Origin: the human T2T-CHM13v2.0 reference genome, Homo sapiens
DNA length: 64,000 nt
NCBI RefSeq assembly: GCF_009914755.1
Contig: NC_060945.1
Direction: 5' to 3' (one strand)
The position numbers and the translations under genes were made by a program. Numbering within the stretch: the stretch's first letter is position 1; each line of letters begins with the position of its first letter. Under the pieces are notes generated by a model. That model saw only the letters and a program-made list of their open reading frames with translations. It made no database searches and was not told the DNA's origin. Below, in pieces: positions 63,651 to 64,000 of the stretch.

Positions 63651-63882
63651 CTGCTATAAATATGTAACACAACTTCTATACTTCATGTGGAATTATATAT
63701 AATTTCACTTCCAAGTTCTTTTAATGTGAAAATTATATAAACAAAAAATTAATATCACTATCAATATTAATACTTAAATTTTATGTTTAAAGAATTTACT
63801 TTTATGTTACATTATTTCAAGTTCATTCTGATAAATCTCAGTGAGTAGTCAAAATGCAACTGTTTTTTTTTTTAATTTACTT

Positions 63883-64000
63883 ATTGGTTGACTGGTTGCT
63901 TGGTTGGTTGGTTCGTTGGTTGCTTGGTTGGTTGCTTGGTTGCTTGGTTGGCTGGTTGCTTGGTTGTTTGCTTGGTTGCTTGGTTGGTTGGTTGGTTGCT
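63883..64000 (+). repeat. (TTGG/TTGC)n compound microsatellite, runs off the window end
   Basis: Direct reading. Confidence 0.95.

Overview
Primate (human-like) genomic DNA, repeat-dense, with no recognisable conserved protein-coding exon. It holds about 35 Alu/FLAM copies (J, S and Y types, many with TSDs), old L1/L2/MIR fragments, MaLR LTRs (THE1, MST, MLT1), LTR16-like ERVL LTRs, hAT fragments, two Hsmar1-derived MADE1 MITEs and several mini/microsatellites. Nearly all ORFs in the track are Alu, L1, LTR or low-complexity artefacts. Most notable: (1) a minus-strand GT-AG spliced chain (42509/42417-42280, 41162-41024, 38267-38247) that keeps one frame across both introns and is partly built from TE-derived sequence, a candidate lncRNA or de novo small ORF; (2) a ~216-bp inverted duplication (59472-59687 / 60710-60926) with a MADE1 hairpin in each arm, around a ~1-kb spacer that begins with a palindromic AT-rich minisatellite; (3) several template-switch or fold-back scars inside Alus; (4) tandem repeats that multiply TF motifs (CCAAT x3; a 48-49-bp VNTR); (5) a twin-primed 5'-inverted L1. 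Repeat subfamily calls were made by eye, boundaries of old repeats are approximate, and I could not place the locus on a chromosome.
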